From Octopus sinensis (taxonomy: Eukaryota), in NCBI RefSeq assembly GCF_006345805.1, contig NC_043001.1:122450001-122514000 (forward strand): a stretch of 64,000 nt of DNA, given 5' to 3'. The position numbers and the translations under genes are program-made. Below, piece after piece: positions 63,564 to 64,000 of the stretch; positions within the stretch are counted from its first letter, which is position 1; each line of letters begins with the position of its first letter. Under the pieces are notes generated by a model, which was not told the DNA's origin, did not search any database, and saw only the letters and a list, made by a program, of their open reading frames with translations.

Positions 63564-64000
63564 CAAATGAAAGACAGAAGATGGAATATACGAGAATTTA
63601 TTATTAATCATGACAATTGTTTCAACACTTGGGCGGGACACTCAACAACTGTTCAGAAGCATCCGGTGGTGCAGATGTATCTTGTCGGGTGATAAATAAA
63701 TACAACTCATTAAAATGACTGTTCAGCAATGTAACTTTCTGTTTTGTAGAGAGAAAAGCAGCCAGATGGGGGAAATATCTTTATTTATATAGATGAATAA
63801 TAAAATCACTGATGACAAAAAAAAAAAGAAACGAACATGCAATCCAGCGAGAAAAGTATTAAAAATAACTGTTAACAGGTATGGATGTATAAACGCCCTC
63901 GGGCAAGATACATGGCACGAGTACACTTGCTCATACAAGCATCTGCAAAAATGTGAGCATACGCACACGTGAAGTTTGATGCACTCATGATCACAAAGCA
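63562..64000 (-). mobile_element. Probable 3' UTR/tail of a further PLE running off the window
   Basis: Ends at (TA)n with a CCATCTT tail motif and GAAAC-AATT-GTC, resembling a hammerhead stem III. The CUGANGA core is degenerate. Confidence 0.4.

Overview
AT-rich, microsatellite-dense animal genomic DNA; the SINE families and overall texture suggest an octopus (inference). Two intron-containing genes converge tail to tail. (1) On the + strand, a GH18 chitinase-like gene with a C-terminal CBM14 domain: 9 coding exons at 2118-29257, all splice phases consistent, signal-peptide exon not found. Its catalytic motif reads DGLDICWQ instead of DGLDxDxE, so it is predicted to be an inactive chi-lectin. 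(2) On the - strand, a complete 7-exon GPR156-like class C GPCR (ATG 46596 to stop 31469, 614 aa) with no Venus-flytrap domain. The rest is mobile DNA: many tRNA-derived SINEs, a dead mariner, Tc1/mariner-derived MITEs, a GGATC-terminated MITE family carrying TTAGGG tracts, an R4/Dong LINE in (AAT)n, a tandem Tx1-type LINE in (CT)n, and several Penelope-like elements (PLEs) anchored in (TA)n. The most striking structure is in chitinase intron 6: a 1.4-kb non-coding palindrome with a well-formed minimal hammerhead ribozyme near each outer end, next to a head-to-head inverted PLE with a third hammerhead. A second PLE family (61.6-63.5 kb) and a 113-bp mini-element (45.4 kb) share the same 37-38-nt 5' cap and 3' tail despite very different truncation points, which points to a two-ended, TA-targeted integration mechanism. 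All alignments were done by eye; repeat boundaries are approximate.
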